A stretch of 64,000 bases of DNA from Escherichia coli (GCA_005400705.1 GCA_005400705.1_4079.1), one strand, 5' to 3'; positions 9,225-17,420 are shown, counted from the stretch's first letter. Numbers and translations: made by a program. Notes: a model not told the origin generated them from the letters alone.

Positions 9225-9416
9225 ATGTATAAAAACTTCTATATAAGTAAACTAAAAGAAAATGAACAAGTATGGATTAGATCTATAATTCCACTGGCAT
9301 TTAATAGATATGCATTTAACAGATGTACCGAGATTGCTATAGACCCTTATAATATTAAAGAGAATGTACAGTATAATCAGTACTACTATATCTTAATGCT
9401 TATATATAGAAAGTAA
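9225..9416 (+). CDS. Family A small protein
   Basis: 63 aa; MYKNFYISKL, tail ILMLIYRK. Confidence 0.6.
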   Translation: MYKNFYISKLKENEQVWIRSIIPLAFNRYAFNRCTEIAIDPYNIKENVQYNQYYYILMLIYRK

Positions 9417-9693
9417 TTAAACACAAGTAGACAGGGGAAGCTCCTAGTGAACAACCTTTATGTACAGGCGAATTGTTAAAATTCAGCCTGGACAAATGCG
9501 ATCACTAGGATTCTCCCCAGGCTAAACCCCGTAATCATAGGTAGTCATAAGTAATCATATATAAACATTTATATGAGCACCGTAGAATCACAGAATGATT
9601 ATATATGATTCAGTACTGATTAGTATAGACAAGATTGCTCAAGAATGCACGGAAATGTGTGTGAATGATTCAGTACTGATATCCCACTAAGTA

Positions 9694-9720
9694 GGCAGAG
9701 GAAGTCTGCCGTACTTTTTA
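9694..9720 (+). terminator. Terminator-like hairpin
   Basis: ggcag-aggaagt-ctgcc followed by gtacttttt. Confidence 0.4.
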
Positions 9721-9826
9721 GTTTCCAAGCTCCTTTTCCATTTTTCAAATTACATCAAATGTAATCAAAAGTAATCACGCAATGATTAGTACTGAATTAT
9801 TACTTTCACCTTAATTACAATTACCC

Positions 9827-9846
9827 TTTTACCCTTCGGGGTAAAA
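9827..9846 (+). other. Perfect 8 bp stem with UUCG tetraloop
   Basis: ttttaccc-ttcg-gggtaaaa; no T-run after it. Confidence 0.5.
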
Positions 9847-10054
9847 TTCCATTACCCCTTGAGGCTCCAGCAAAAAGTTGGTTAGTACTCCATCCTAAAT
9901 CTCGATCCTAAAAATTTTGGAGTACCTATGAAATAAAAGTTGGATCTTCGAAAGTTGAAATTTACGTTGGGACGTTTATGATTTGTGGGATATAATGATG
10001 TTTGTAGTCGGGTAGTTCTCAAGAATATCAGTACTGAATGATGAAAGAAAGCTA

Positions 10055-10082
10055 TTGACTTTATGATTCAGTACTGTATAAT
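10055..10082 (+). promoter_or_regulatory. Sigma70-like promoter with no ORF downstream
   Basis: TTGACT (10055-10060), 16 nt spacer containing CAGTACTG, TATAAT (10077-10082), then gttttacat; following 150 bp non-coding and ends in a T-run near 10190. Confidence 0.45.
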
Positions 10083-10420
10083 GTTTTACATAGAGAGATG
10101 AGTTGCCGCAAACAATTCATTCACTCTACTTCCTGTCGTGAGACAGTACAGAAAGATAGTTCCTCCTATGGGTGGTACATCTTTTAGAACCTCTTTTTTC
10201 GTAATATGAACAGTACTGATATTAACAGAATGGTGTCAGTACTGATTTTAATTTAATGCATTATGCCACCAGCACAAGCTGGTGGATTCCCTCTAACAGT
10301 ATTCAGTACTACATGATGGTCTTCATCCTCCTAGGGTAACATAGTGAGGGCTATGATGGCAGTACTGAATACTCCCTTTCAAAAGATAGATCTATGGTAT
10401 AGTACTGACGGATTTTGGGC

Positions 10421-10600
10421 GTAGTTACCCTGGATGGATTTTGGACGTAGATATGTCTAGCCCTCCAGAAGTCTGGAAGTAAAGATGGCTATCCATCTAG
10501 ACGGCTAAACGGCTAGATTTCTGGATGGCTGGATGGCTAGACGTTTGGACGGCTAAACGGCTAGATGGTTACACGTCTGGAAGTATAGACGGCTAAATCA
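10421..10600. repeat. Iteron-like cluster of short direct repeats
   Basis: gacggctaaacggctagat x2, gtctggaagta x2, ggattttggRcgtag x2, ctggatgg x3, ggctag x4 within 180 bp. Confidence 0.6.
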
Positions 10601-11220
10601 AAATTTTATTTTGTTTTTTCCAATAGTTCCCCTACCGCGTGGGGATAGTTTCCCCGCAGTATCTGGAGTTAGATTTTTCTGAATCTGGAATCATTATCTT
10701 ATAAACTGGGGGCAATGTCAACCGCCTGGACGGATATTTTTAAAAATTTTTTCAGTACTGAATTTTGGGCGTAACTATGCACCCGGTGGGCTTGAGTCTT
10801 TCTCGACTTGATGGAACTATTATACAGTACTGGAAAAATAAAGCAATACCCTGGAAGCAAAAAAGTTTTAATTAATTTGCTTGCTATCCTGGGCCGGACT
10901 ATGGTACTATATTTCAGTACTGAGAAAGTGCGTTTACCTGCTAGGGTGCGGGAGTGTATCCTTTTTTTATATCTTGAATTTTGGGCGTAATTCCGCACCC
11001 TCTGGGGTTTCCGCTTTCTCGCGTCTATGTAGTAATTATACGCTTTTTCAGGATCAAGTCAATACCTAAAAACAAAATAATTGAAAATAATTTAACGCGT
11101 TTAAACGGCCCGTAAAGCCCTGGAATGATTGGAATGGTGCAAATGTATAGCTTAGGTGTATTAATGCGTTAGAATGCGTCTGAGGCCGTTTTACGGGGTA
11201 TAGGGATGATTTGGTGGATT

Positions 11221-11310
11221 GATTCAGTACTGAATGATAGTACTACTATATAGAAAGATAGTTCCCCTGAATGGTTGCAGTACTGAATGATAGTTCCCCT
11301 ATATAGAAAG
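11221..11310. repeat. Two direct repeats of about 45 bp (cagtactgaatgatag...tatatagaaag)
   Basis: Near-identical tandem copies immediately upstream of the first PeSL-type promoter. Confidence 0.5.
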
Positions 11311-11340
11311 AAAACTATTTTAAAAGTATTTGTAGAAAGT

Positions 11341-11402
11341 ACTTGCAAACTAAGTTTAACGGCGTATAATGTTTTACATCGAGAGCGGGAACACTTCCCG
11401 CT
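11341..11402 (+). promoter_or_regulatory. PeSL-type cassette: sigma70-like promoter plus 5' stem-loop
   Basis: aAGTACTTGCAaact, TATAAT at 11365-11370, gttttacatc, hairpin agcgggaa-cac-ttcccgct (11384-11402). Confidence 0.6.
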
Positions 11403-11425
11403 ACATATTACGAGAGATTAAAACG

Positions 11426-11788
11426 ATGGCGACTCAAATCACTAAAATTATTGCTAACCTGGTTAACTTTCGCGACGAGATGAAAGATCTTCCGGCAGAA
11501 ACGGTAAAAATTCACATTTCAGCTTATCGGGAACTTATTGCAATGTTACCGCTTAAGCGTGAACAATACGCCGCGACCGTGATGCTTGATGCGATGATCC
11601 ATAAGATGATCGCCAGTGATTTAACGATGGTTTATCAGTATATGGGCGAAAATTTCGCGGTGTATAGTAAACCAGTACCAGGAATGGAAAGTACAGAAGT
11701 ATTACACGGTTTAAATTTAAAACAAGATGCATGGGATAATATGCCTCGTTTCCTGGTATGGGCTGACAGTGGCAAGATTTACGAATAA
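11426..11788 (+). CDS. Hypothetical protein
   Basis: Track ORF 11369-11788 trimmed to first ATG after the hairpin (11426, MATQITK); 120 aa. Confidence 0.65.
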   Translation: MATQITKIIANLVNFRDEMKDLPAETVKIHISAYRELIAMLPLKREQYAATVMLDAMIHKMIASDLTMVYQYMGENFAVYSKPVPGMESTEVLHGLNLKQDAWDNMPRFLVWADSGKIYE

Positions 11789-11799
11789 GTTTTAGAAAG

Positions 11800-11861
11800 T
11801 ACTTGCAAACTAAGTTTAAAAGCGTATAATGTTTTACATCAGGTGGGGAATAGTTCCCCAC
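11800..11861 (+). promoter_or_regulatory. PeSL-type cassette
   Basis: agtacTTGCAAact, TATAAT 11825-11830, hairpin gtggggaa-tag-ttccccac. Confidence 0.6.
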
Positions 11862-11881
11862 TATATAAGAGGATTAAAAAA

Positions 11882-12121
11882 ATGGCTAAATCAAAAATGT
11901 TCTTAGGTCACAAAAACAAAACTCATTGGAATGTAAGCCTTTGGATTAATAACGATGAGTCATTGTACCGGTTGGCCCAGGACTTTATTAACGATAGCAC
12001 TAATCGCAATGATGCGGCCCGTCATATGATGTTATTTTTAGAACAGACTGGACAAGATAAAACACCGGACGGATTCAAATATAGCACTACTGCGATCCGT
12101 GCGGCGATGGTTGGAATGTAA
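11882..12121 (+). CDS. Hypothetical protein
   Basis: ATG 11882 (MAKSKMF) after SD aagagga; 79 aa. Confidence 0.65.
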   Translation: MAKSKMFLGHKNKTHWNVSLWINNDESLYRLAQDFINDSTNRNDAARHMMLFLEQTGQDKTPDGFKYSTTAIRAAMVGM

Positions 12122-12134
12122 TAGAATATATTTA

Positions 12135-12170
12135 AAGTACTATCGCAAAAAATGATAGTACTTTATAATA
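12135..12170 (+). promoter_or_regulatory. Promoter variant with AGTACT in spacer (degenerate -35)
   Basis: aaagtactatcgcaaaaaatgatAGTACTttataatag; homologous to the promoter at 23762-23796, which has a TTGACA -35. Confidence 0.4.
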
Positions 12171-12206
12171 GTGTTTTATTCATACACAAACGATAAGGGC
12201 AACAGC

Positions 12207-12473
12207 ATGAATATTAAGTATTTTGCGACGCGTGAACAAGCTCGGATCGCCGCACGCCAGGACGGGGCAACGTTTAAAGATATGGGCGTACAATCGGAAC
12301 GTGGTAAACGTTGGGCCATTATAAAGCGTAGTACCGCCAGATCATTACAGTACTGGTTAGCGGCGTTAAAAAGTCCTGATAGTGTATCGCGTCGAGTGGT
12401 AGAAATAAAGCTCGACCGAAAGGGCAACCGCGTGACCGTGTACCGTACTAAAAAGATAGCAGTACTTGAATAA
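12207..12473 (+). CDS. Hypothetical protein; paralog of 23839-24234
   Basis: ATG 12207 (MNIKYFATREQARIAARQDGATFKDMG...DRKGNRVTVYRTKK) matches KFYATREAARIVAREEGAAFKDMG...DRKGNSVTVFSKRR. Confidence 0.65.
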   Translation: MNIKYFATREQARIAARQDGATFKDMGVQSERGKRWAIIKRSTARSLQYWLAALKSPDSVSRRVVEIKLDRKGNRVTVYRTKKIAVLE

Positions 12474-12540
12474 AAGTACTTGCATACTATGTTTAAAGGC
12501 GTATAATGTTTTACATCGAGAGCGGGAACACTTCCCGCCT
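12472..12540 (+). promoter_or_regulatory. PeSL-type cassette
   Basis: aaagtacTTGCATact, TATAAT 12502-12507, hairpin gcgggaa-cac-ttcccgc. Confidence 0.6.
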
Positions 12541-12559
12541 ATAACCTGGAGTAATAAAA

Positions 12560-12790
12560 ATGACTAATATGTATATGACTGAAGTTAAAACTGTAAAAGA
12601 TACTACCACGAATAAAACTACTTACTTACAGCGGATCTGTGGTGTCTGGCAACGTATCAGCAAAATAAAGTACTATAAATTGACATCACATGCTAACCGT
12701 TCGGATTCATTCAGTACTGAAATAAAAGGTAATAAAGTACACCAATACGGCACTTATTATTATTATAGCCTGGATGCGATTGCAGTATAA
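12560..12790 (+). CDS. Hypothetical Thr/Tyr-rich protein
   Basis: 76 aa ORF after PeSL and SD ggag. Confidence 0.6.
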   Translation: MTNMYMTEVKTVKDTTTNKTTYLQRICGVWQRISKIKYYKLTSHANRSDSFSTEIKGNKVHQYGTYYYYSLDAIAV

Positions 12791-13034
12791 GCAGTTTACA
12801 AATCTTTACAATTGCCGGTATTGACTTATTTTGTCAGTACTGGCATAATGTATTCATTGGCAGATAAGCCGTAGCCCATAGGGTGCGGGAGTGTATCTAT
12901 AGAAAAAGTAGTTTATTACAGTTACAATTGTGCACCCGGTGGGTTAGCTGTTGTCATGGGGTATATTATACCAGTACTGGATAGTGCTGTCAATACCTTT
13001 TTACTATTCAGTACTGAAAACTATTTTTAAAAAG

Positions 13035-13066
13035 TACTTGCAAACTATGTTTAAAGGCGTATAATG
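13035..13066 (+). promoter_or_regulatory. PeSL-type promoter driving a structured leader
   Basis: aaagtacTTGCAAact, TATAAT 13060-13065. Confidence 0.55.
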
Positions 13067-13070
13067 TTTT

Positions 13071-13150
13071 ACATCAGGACGGGGAACGAAATAAGTAACT
13101 TCCCGTTAAGTAGCCCAGGAGTAAGGCACACGAAAAACTCCCCTGATAAA
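13071..13150 (+). ncRNA. Conserved structured RNA element, copy 1 (candidate cis-regulatory leader or small RNA)
   Basis: caggacggggaacgaaataagtaacttcccgttaagtagcccaggagtaaggcacacgaaaaactcccctg; identical copy at 22916-22990, diverged copy about 16030-16110; two predicted stem-loops. Confidence 0.35.
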
Positions 13151-13155
13151 ATAGT

Positions 13156-13183
13156 TTGACAAATGTTTTTAAAAGCGTATAAT
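13156..13183 (+). promoter_or_regulatory. Second sigma70-like promoter after the structured element
   Basis: TTGACA 13156-13161, 16 nt, TATAAT 13178-13183. Confidence 0.5.
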
Positions 13184-13215
13184 ACTTACATCAACTACTG
13201 AATGAGGGTTACAAA

Positions 13216-13827
13216 ATGAAAACTATCACTACTACTACTTTCGTTATGGCTTTTTCTGAATTGAACGCAGAACAACAAACGTCAGCTATCGAACTGGTTC
13301 GGGATCGGGAACGTTCAAGCGGTGATGATTTCTTTTCTGAGTCAGTGATCGAGTACTATAAAGAAACAGTACTACCAGAATATGGAATTGATGACGCTGA
13401 TTTGCAATTCAGTGGTTTTTGGTCGCAGGGTGACGGTGCATCAATCAGTACTGACCACGTTGACGCTGTGAAGTTTTTACGCAAGATTAAAGCATTAACT
13501 AAGTATCGTTCTATCCGTCACCTGCTGAATGAAGATGATTTGGCGATGAGTGTAAAGCGTTCTCACTCCCACTACTCGCATGAAAACACTGTAAGCGGGT
13601 ACATTGAATCGGGGTACACTGATTTAACCGCAAAACAAGAAACGTTAGTTAATGAGCTTGAGGAACTACTCACTGAAACTATTCGTGAATTATCCCGCAA
13701 GTTGTACCGTGATTTAGAGAATGCATATGAGGATCAATTCACTACTGAAAACATTACGGCACTGATTGAGGGTAACGAATATCAATTCAATGTTATTGAT
13801 GGCGTAGTAGAATCTATCGAATATTAA
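13216..13827 (+). CDS. Hypothetical acidic protein
   Basis: 203 aa ORF; SGFWSQGDGASIS motif; family not recognised. Confidence 0.7.
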   Translation: MKTITTTTFVMAFSELNAEQQTSAIELVRDRERSSGDDFFSESVIEYYKETVLPEYGIDDADLQFSGFWSQGDGASISTDHVDAVKFLRKIKALTKYRSIRHLLNEDDLAMSVKRSHSHYSHENTVSGYIESGYTDLTAKQETLVNELEELLTETIRELSRKLYRDLENAYEDQFTTENITALIEGNEYQFNVIDGVVESIEY

Positions 13828-13844
13828 TTCAGTACTGAATCAAT

Positions 13845-13863
13845 GGCGGGAGTGGTTCCCGCC
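13845..13863 (+). promoter_or_regulatory. 5' stem-loop without adjacent promoter
   Basis: ggcggga-gtgg-ttcccgcc then SD aggag and ATG 13884. Confidence 0.45.
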
Positions 13864-13883
13864 TATAACCAGGAGTAAGCATC

Positions 13884-14117
13884 ATGATCGAACAAATTCA
13901 AACGACCACAAGCCGGAGCGGAACGAAAGTACATTACATCGCTGATACTGATAAAGGTGTACCCTATTGTGCTGTACACGTAAATACTGACGGTGACTAT
14001 TGGTTAACTGTATACGGGCGTTACTCGTTTGCTTTTAGTGCACATTGTAAGATCCTGGAAGTAGTGAAGCCTACCGGTAAGAATATCACGCCGGGAAAAT
14101 GTTTTACTAAGCACTAA
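13884..14117 (+). CDS. Hypothetical protein; paralog of 15039-15275
   Basis: 77 aa; shared GVPYCAVHVNT(D/E)G(D/N)YW(L/F)TVYG...PTGKNIT. Confidence 0.7.
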   Translation: MIEQIQTTTSRSGTKVHYIADTDKGVPYCAVHVNTDGDYWLTVYGRYSFAFSAHCKILEVVKPTGKNITPGKCFTKH

Positions 14118-14118
14118 A

Positions 14119-14185
14119 AAGTACTTGCATACTAAGTTTAAAAGCGTATAATACTTTATATCGAGGCGGGGGAATGGTTCCCGCC
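14119..14185 (+). promoter_or_regulatory. PeSL-type cassette
   Basis: aaagtacTTGCATact, TATAAT 14147-14152, hairpin ggcggggga-atgg-ttcccgcc. Confidence 0.6.
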
Positions 14186-14203
14186 TTTACTGAGGATTAT
14201 CTA

Positions 14204-14491
14204 ATGAGCAAAGTAATTAACTATACAGTACTAAGCAAGTCATTATCTATTAGCCAGTGCACCGATGGTTTTTGGCTGTACGATGAAACGCGTGGCATGA
14301 ATTTAGCTATGCGGGAGAAAACTGCTGAGGCGGCGTATTTACAAGCCCTGGAATACTACCAGGAACGTTTAAAGGAAGTAGAAAACAATTATCAAAATTT
14401 AAAAGAGAAAGTAGATAATTTCGTTTGTCAATTCGTTGACGATGACGAGGAAGACGGGCACTACTGCAACCGTTGCGGATCTTACAATTAA
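14204..14491 (+). CDS. Hypothetical protein with C-terminal Cys pair (HYCNRCGSYN)
   Basis: Track ORF 14174-14491 trimmed to ATG 14204 (MSKVINYTV); 95 aa. Confidence 0.6.
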   Translation: MSKVINYTVLSKSLSISQCTDGFWLYDETRGMNLAMREKTAEAAYLQALEYYQERLKEVENNYQNLKEKVDNFVCQFVDDDEEDGHYCNRCGSYN

Positions 14492-14554
14492 GTACTTGCA
14501 ATTAGTTTTCAGTACTGTATAATGGTTTACATCAAAGGGAGAAATGGTTCTCCC
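14490..14554 (+). promoter_or_regulatory. PeSL-type cassette
   Basis: agtacTTGCAAttagttttcAGTACTgTATAAT, hairpin gggagaa-atgg-ttctccc. Confidence 0.6.
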
Positions 14555-14573
14555 TGGTAATGAGGAAAATAAA

Positions 14574-14795
14574 ATGGCTAATATCACTACTCTTTCCCAA
14601 CTGGAAGCACTGGTTAAATCTATGCGGGAACATGCCGACAAAATCGGCGTACAAGATCCAGCCGTTTGCTTCTGCGACGAATTGAATGATGATACCCTGG
14701 TAATAGCAGAAGTCCAGGACGTTTCTAACTATTCCTCGCGTTACACTGGCGGCGTAGCAAATAAAGGTGACTTCTGTTTATACCTTACAAAATAA
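14574..14795 (+). CDS. Hypothetical protein
   Basis: ATG 14574 (MANITTLSQ) after SD gaggaaa; 73 aa. Confidence 0.65.
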   Translation: MANITTLSQLEALVKSMREHADKIGVQDPAVCFCDELNDDTLVIAEVQDVSNYSSRYTGGVANKGDFCLYLTK

Positions 14796-14796
14796 C

Positions 14797-14830
14797 AACG
14801 CGGGGAGATAATAACTCCCCGTTACTTTTT
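14797..14830 (+). terminator. Rho-independent terminator
   Basis: cggggag-ataataa-ctccccg followed by ttacttttt. Confidence 0.55.
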
Positions 14831-14959
14831 CAGTACTGAATCATTTAATAGACGGATCTCGGCACCCGGTGGGTTAGTGACTGTTTCGTCTTGATGTAGT
14901 AATTATGCCAGTACTGGATGCACTTGTCAACAATTATTTTTCAAATACTTTTTATTAAA

Positions 14960-15018
14960 ATACTTGCAATTAGTTTTTAAACGCGTATAATGTTTTGCAT
15001 AGGGGGAGCGGTTCCCCT
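14960..15018 (+). promoter_or_regulatory. PeSL-type cassette
   Basis: aatacTTGCAAttag, TATAAT 14986-14991, hairpin ggggagcggttcccc. Confidence 0.55.
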
Positions 15019-15038
15019 GGTAACTAAGGAATAATAAA

Positions 15039-15275
15039 ATGCTTGAACAAATCAAATCAACGTCTTCGAATGTAACGGGAACGGTAGCACACTTTACTAG
15101 TGATGAATCGCGGGGCGTTCCCTATTGTGCTGTACATGTAAACACTGAGGGTAACTACTGGTTTACGGTTTACGGTTCATATTCATTTGGACGGCCAGGG
15201 CATCAAAAAATTCTGGATAAAGTACAGCCAACGGGTAAAAATATCACTGCTGAAATGTTTTATAAAAAATCATAA
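15039..15275 (+). CDS. Hypothetical protein; paralog of 13884-14117
   Basis: 78 aa ORF. Confidence 0.7.
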   Translation: MLEQIKSTSSNVTGTVAHFTSDESRGVPYCAVHVNTEGNYWFTVYGSYSFGRPGHQKILDKVQPTGKNITAEMFYKKS

Positions 15276-15340
15276 AGTACTTGCAATTAGTTTTTAGTAC
15301 TGTATAATATTTTACATCGCAAGGGGGAGCGGTTCCCCCT
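15276..15340 (+). promoter_or_regulatory. PeSL-type cassette
   Basis: aagtacTTGCAAttagtttttAGTACTgTATAAT, hairpin gggggagcggttccccc. Confidence 0.6.
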
Positions 15341-15359
15341 GGTAACTAAGGATAATCAA

Positions 15360-15659
15360 ATGAAAATTGCAATCATCGCCCTGGCTTTATCTGTTTCCTC
15401 TTTCGCTGTTAATGCGTCATTAGATGTAAGTAGTGAAAAATTCATTCAGTGCACTGTTGCAATGACCGATGAAAGTACTGGCGAGATTGTTTTAAAGGAT
15501 TTAGAGATCCAGCCCGAAGCATTTAAAAACGGGCCGTTCCATGAAGAAGACGAAAAAGGTAGCACGACAATTTATTACGATGCAAGTACTAAACGCGGTT
15601 CGGTCACTGTTATGGATACTGAGAAAGTAACTCATACTGGCGTTATTAATTGCCGTTGA
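15360..15659 (+). CDS. Small secreted or periplasmic protein (predicted signal peptide)
   Basis: 99 aa; N-terminus MKIAIIALALSVSSFAVNA is signal-peptide-like. Confidence 0.65.
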   Translation: MKIAIIALALSVSSFAVNASLDVSSEKFIQCTVAMTDESTGEIVLKDLEIQPEAFKNGPFHEEDEKGSTTIYYDASTKRGSVTVMDTEKVTHTGVINCR

Positions 15660-15680
15660 TAGATACTACGGGGTAACATC

Positions 15681-15911
15681 ATGACTAAGCGAATTGTTTT
15701 ACTTAACGAAAGCAGTACTACACAACTACTTAACGCCGTGCATTATGATATTGAAACGAGCGTTAATCTTATCAGTACTGTAGTACTGTTGGACACTGGA
15801 AAGGTCGCCAATGATAAAGCGATTGCAGGTATACTAACGGATCTTGAGCCTGGTAGCAGTGCACCAATAACGTTAAATGGTAAAGTGTTTAATATTTTAC
15901 TCACTGATTAA
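15681..15911 (+). CDS. Hypothetical protein
   Basis: 76 aa ORF after short gap, followed by a terminator. Confidence 0.6.
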   Translation: MTKRIVLLNESSTTQLLNAVHYDIETSVNLISTVVLLDTGKVANDKAIAGILTDLEPGSSAPITLNGKVFNILLTD

Positions 15912-15916
15912 GTACA

Positions 15917-15945
15917 TAGCCCACCTGGTGGGCTTTTTTGTTTTT
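15917..15945 (+). terminator. Rho-independent terminator
   Basis: agcccacc-t-ggtgggct then ttttttgtttttg. Confidence 0.6.
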
Positions 15946-15992
15946 GTAGTATCGTAGTACTGAGATACTTTGAAAATAGTTTTAAAAAATAG

Positions 15993-16020
15993 TTGACATT
16001 ACCGCAGAAAAGCGTAGAAT
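15993..16020 (+). promoter_or_regulatory. Sigma70-like promoter
   Basis: TTGACA 15993-15998, 16 nt, TAGAAT 16015-16020. Confidence 0.5.
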
Positions 16021-16029
16021 GTATTACAT

Positions 16030-16110
16030 CAAGACGGGGAGCACTAAGTAGACCGCCAGTAAGTCGAACGAAAAACTGGACACGTCGAGAAAACTTTGAT
16101 ACACTAATAA
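16030..16110 (+). ncRNA. Diverged third copy of the structured leader element
   Basis: agacggggagcactaagtagaccgccagtaagtcgaacgaaaaactggacacg shares gacgggga, agtaag and acgaaaaact with the element at 13071-13150. Confidence 0.25.
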
Positions 16111-16143
16111 ACGTAAACTAAACTTTAATTGAGGATTTATAAA

Positions 16144-16626
16144 ATGGCTAATGTAAAATCATTCATCAAAGCACTGGTAGCAAATGAAACTAACGTCGCG
16201 GCAGAGATCCTGGCTGATCTGGATAACGATACCATGAAAGCGGTACGCAATAATTTTAACATCGCTTATAGTACTGCGAAAGAACTACAAGCAAATAAAG
16301 CGGCAGAAATTGAAGCGGCAAAGGCGGCCCGTGAAGCAGAACTACAAGCAACAATTGAAAGTATCCAGGCGGCAGTAGTTGGATTGGATCTGGAAGTAGT
16401 TACAGAGATGGCACAAAAAGCCCTGGCGGTTAAGTATGGGGAAGATAAGCCGGAATCTAAGCCTAAAAAATGGATTCAAAAACGTGTAGCGGTAGTACTG
16501 GACAACGGGGAAGAATATCTGATTCCGGTGCGTGGTAACTGCATTGCGGTAGTACTGGATGCGATTAACTCCAGTGGTATGACTCGCGAGGAATGGATCG
16601 AAGCTCATCGCAAAGTTGAAGCATAA
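16144..16626 (+). CDS. Hypothetical protein with N-terminal coiled-coil
   Basis: Track ORF trimmed to ATG 16144 (MANVKSF); Ala/Glu-rich heptad-like stretch AAEIEAAKAAREAELQATIESIQAA; C-terminal internal repeat VAVVLDN/IAVVLDA. Confidence 0.65.
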   Translation: MANVKSFIKALVANETNVAAEILADLDNDTMKAVRNNFNIAYSTAKELQANKAAEIEAAKAAREAELQATIESIQAAVVGLDLEVVTEMAQKALAVKYGEDKPESKPKKWIQKRVAVVLDNGEEYLIPVRGNCIAVVLDAINSSGMTREEWIEAHRKVEA

Positions 16627-16645
16627 CAATTAAAGTACTGAATCA

Positions 16646-16678
16646 CTAGCCCACCTTAAACGGTGGGCTTTTTTGTGT
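16646..16678 (+). terminator. Rho-independent terminator
   Basis: agcccacc-ttaaac-ggtgggct then ttttttgtgttt. Confidence 0.65.
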
Positions 16679-16824
16679 TTATCGTTTACCAGGCCACCAG
16701 CACCGCCTAGAAACGATTCTAACGCATTAAACTGATTATCTGATGCATTGCCCTAGCTGGTGGCGTTAAGGCTGTAAGAACGCGATTGAGAGCGTTTAAA
16801 GTATTTTGCAAAAAGTAATAAAAA

Positions 16825-16885
16825 GTACTTGCACGATTAAGAGATTAGCGTATAATGTTTTACATCGAGAGGGGGAAACGGTTCT
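16825..16885 (+). promoter_or_regulatory. PeSL-type cassette (imperfect hairpin)
   Basis: aaaagtacTTGCACgat, TATAAT 16851-16856, GC-rich gggggaaacggttctcc. Confidence 0.5.
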
Positions 16886-16911
16886 CCTTCCAAATCAAAG
16901 GAATTAAAACA

Positions 16912-17139
16912 ATGGCTATCGTAATCACTCGCGTAACTGGTACTACTGGCAATTCTTCTACTGTTGCTGTAATTACTAATAAGAAAGGTGCGGAATTGCA
17001 TTTTGCAATGGATAAATGGGCCGTTAATGAGTTCGGTCAGTGGGCAAGTGTAGCATACATTGAAACCTATCAAGTGCCGTCGATTAGTTTAACTGATTTG
17101 GGCGTTGAGCGTATCCTTTGCCTGGATGAATTAAATTAA
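16912..17139 (+). CDS. Hypothetical protein
   Basis: Track ORF 16855-17139 trimmed to ATG 16912 (MAIVITRV); 75 aa. Confidence 0.65.
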   Translation: MAIVITRVTGTTGNSSTVAVITNKKGAELHFAMDKWAVNEFGQWASVAYIETYQVPSISLTDLGVERILCLDELN

Positions 17140-17142
17140 AAA

Positions 17143-17206
17143 AGTACTTGCAAAGTAAATCAGATAAAGTATAATACATTACATCAAGGGGAGAAATGGT
17201 TCTCCC
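17143..17206 (+). promoter_or_regulatory. PeSL-type cassette
   Basis: aaagtacTTGCAAagt, TATAAT 17170-17175, hairpin gggagaa-atgg-ttctccc. Confidence 0.6.
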
Positions 17207-17225
17207 TGATAATGAGGAAACTAAT

Positions 17226-17369
17226 ATGAAAACTTGTCAATGTGGTAAAAAATCTATTACTGGTTTAAAGCGGGGCGTTGCACTTTGCCAGTACCATTAT
17301 AATTTACAAGTATGGGGTAAAGAATGGGCCGACCAGGTGGAAGCAGCAAAGAAAGCAAAAAGTAAGTAA
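17226..17369 (+). CDS. Small Cys-rich protein (possible zinc ribbon)
   Basis: 47 aa hand-translated (below track cutoff): MKTCQCGKKSITGLKRGVALCQYHYNLQVWGKEWADQVEAAKKAKSK; PeSL and SD upstream. Confidence 0.5.
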   Translation: MKTCQCGKKSITGLKRGVALCQYHYNLQVWGKEWADQVEAAKKAKSK

Positions 17370-17384
17370 AAATATTATCACAGT

Positions 17385-17420
17385 ACTATTGACATAGTTT
17401 GATAGTACTGGCATAATAGA
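17385..17420 (+). promoter_or_regulatory. Sigma70-like promoter with AGTACT flanking -35 and in spacer
   Basis: cAGTACTatTGACAtagtttgatAGTACTggCATAAT (TTGACA 17389-17394, CATAAT 17412-17417). Confidence 0.5.

Larger units (their letters stand above)
5430..9416 (+). repeat. Tandem array of family A small paralogous genes (about 18 copies)
   Basis: Head-to-tail ORFs of about 60 aa with N-terminal KE(Y/F)Y and C-terminal ILL(L)I(F/Y)RY-like tail; stop/start overlaps. Confidence 0.7.
9590..10090. repeat. Cluster of aatgattCAGTACTGa-type palindromic repeats
   Basis: At least five near-identical copies of (a)atgattcagtactga(t) plus further AGTACT palindromes in an ORF-free stretch. Confidence 0.6.

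Noticed and set aside
9420-11340. tRNA genes in the ORF-free region
   Set aside because: I found no convincing T-arm or cloverleaf signature by eye; a covariance-model scan would be decisive.
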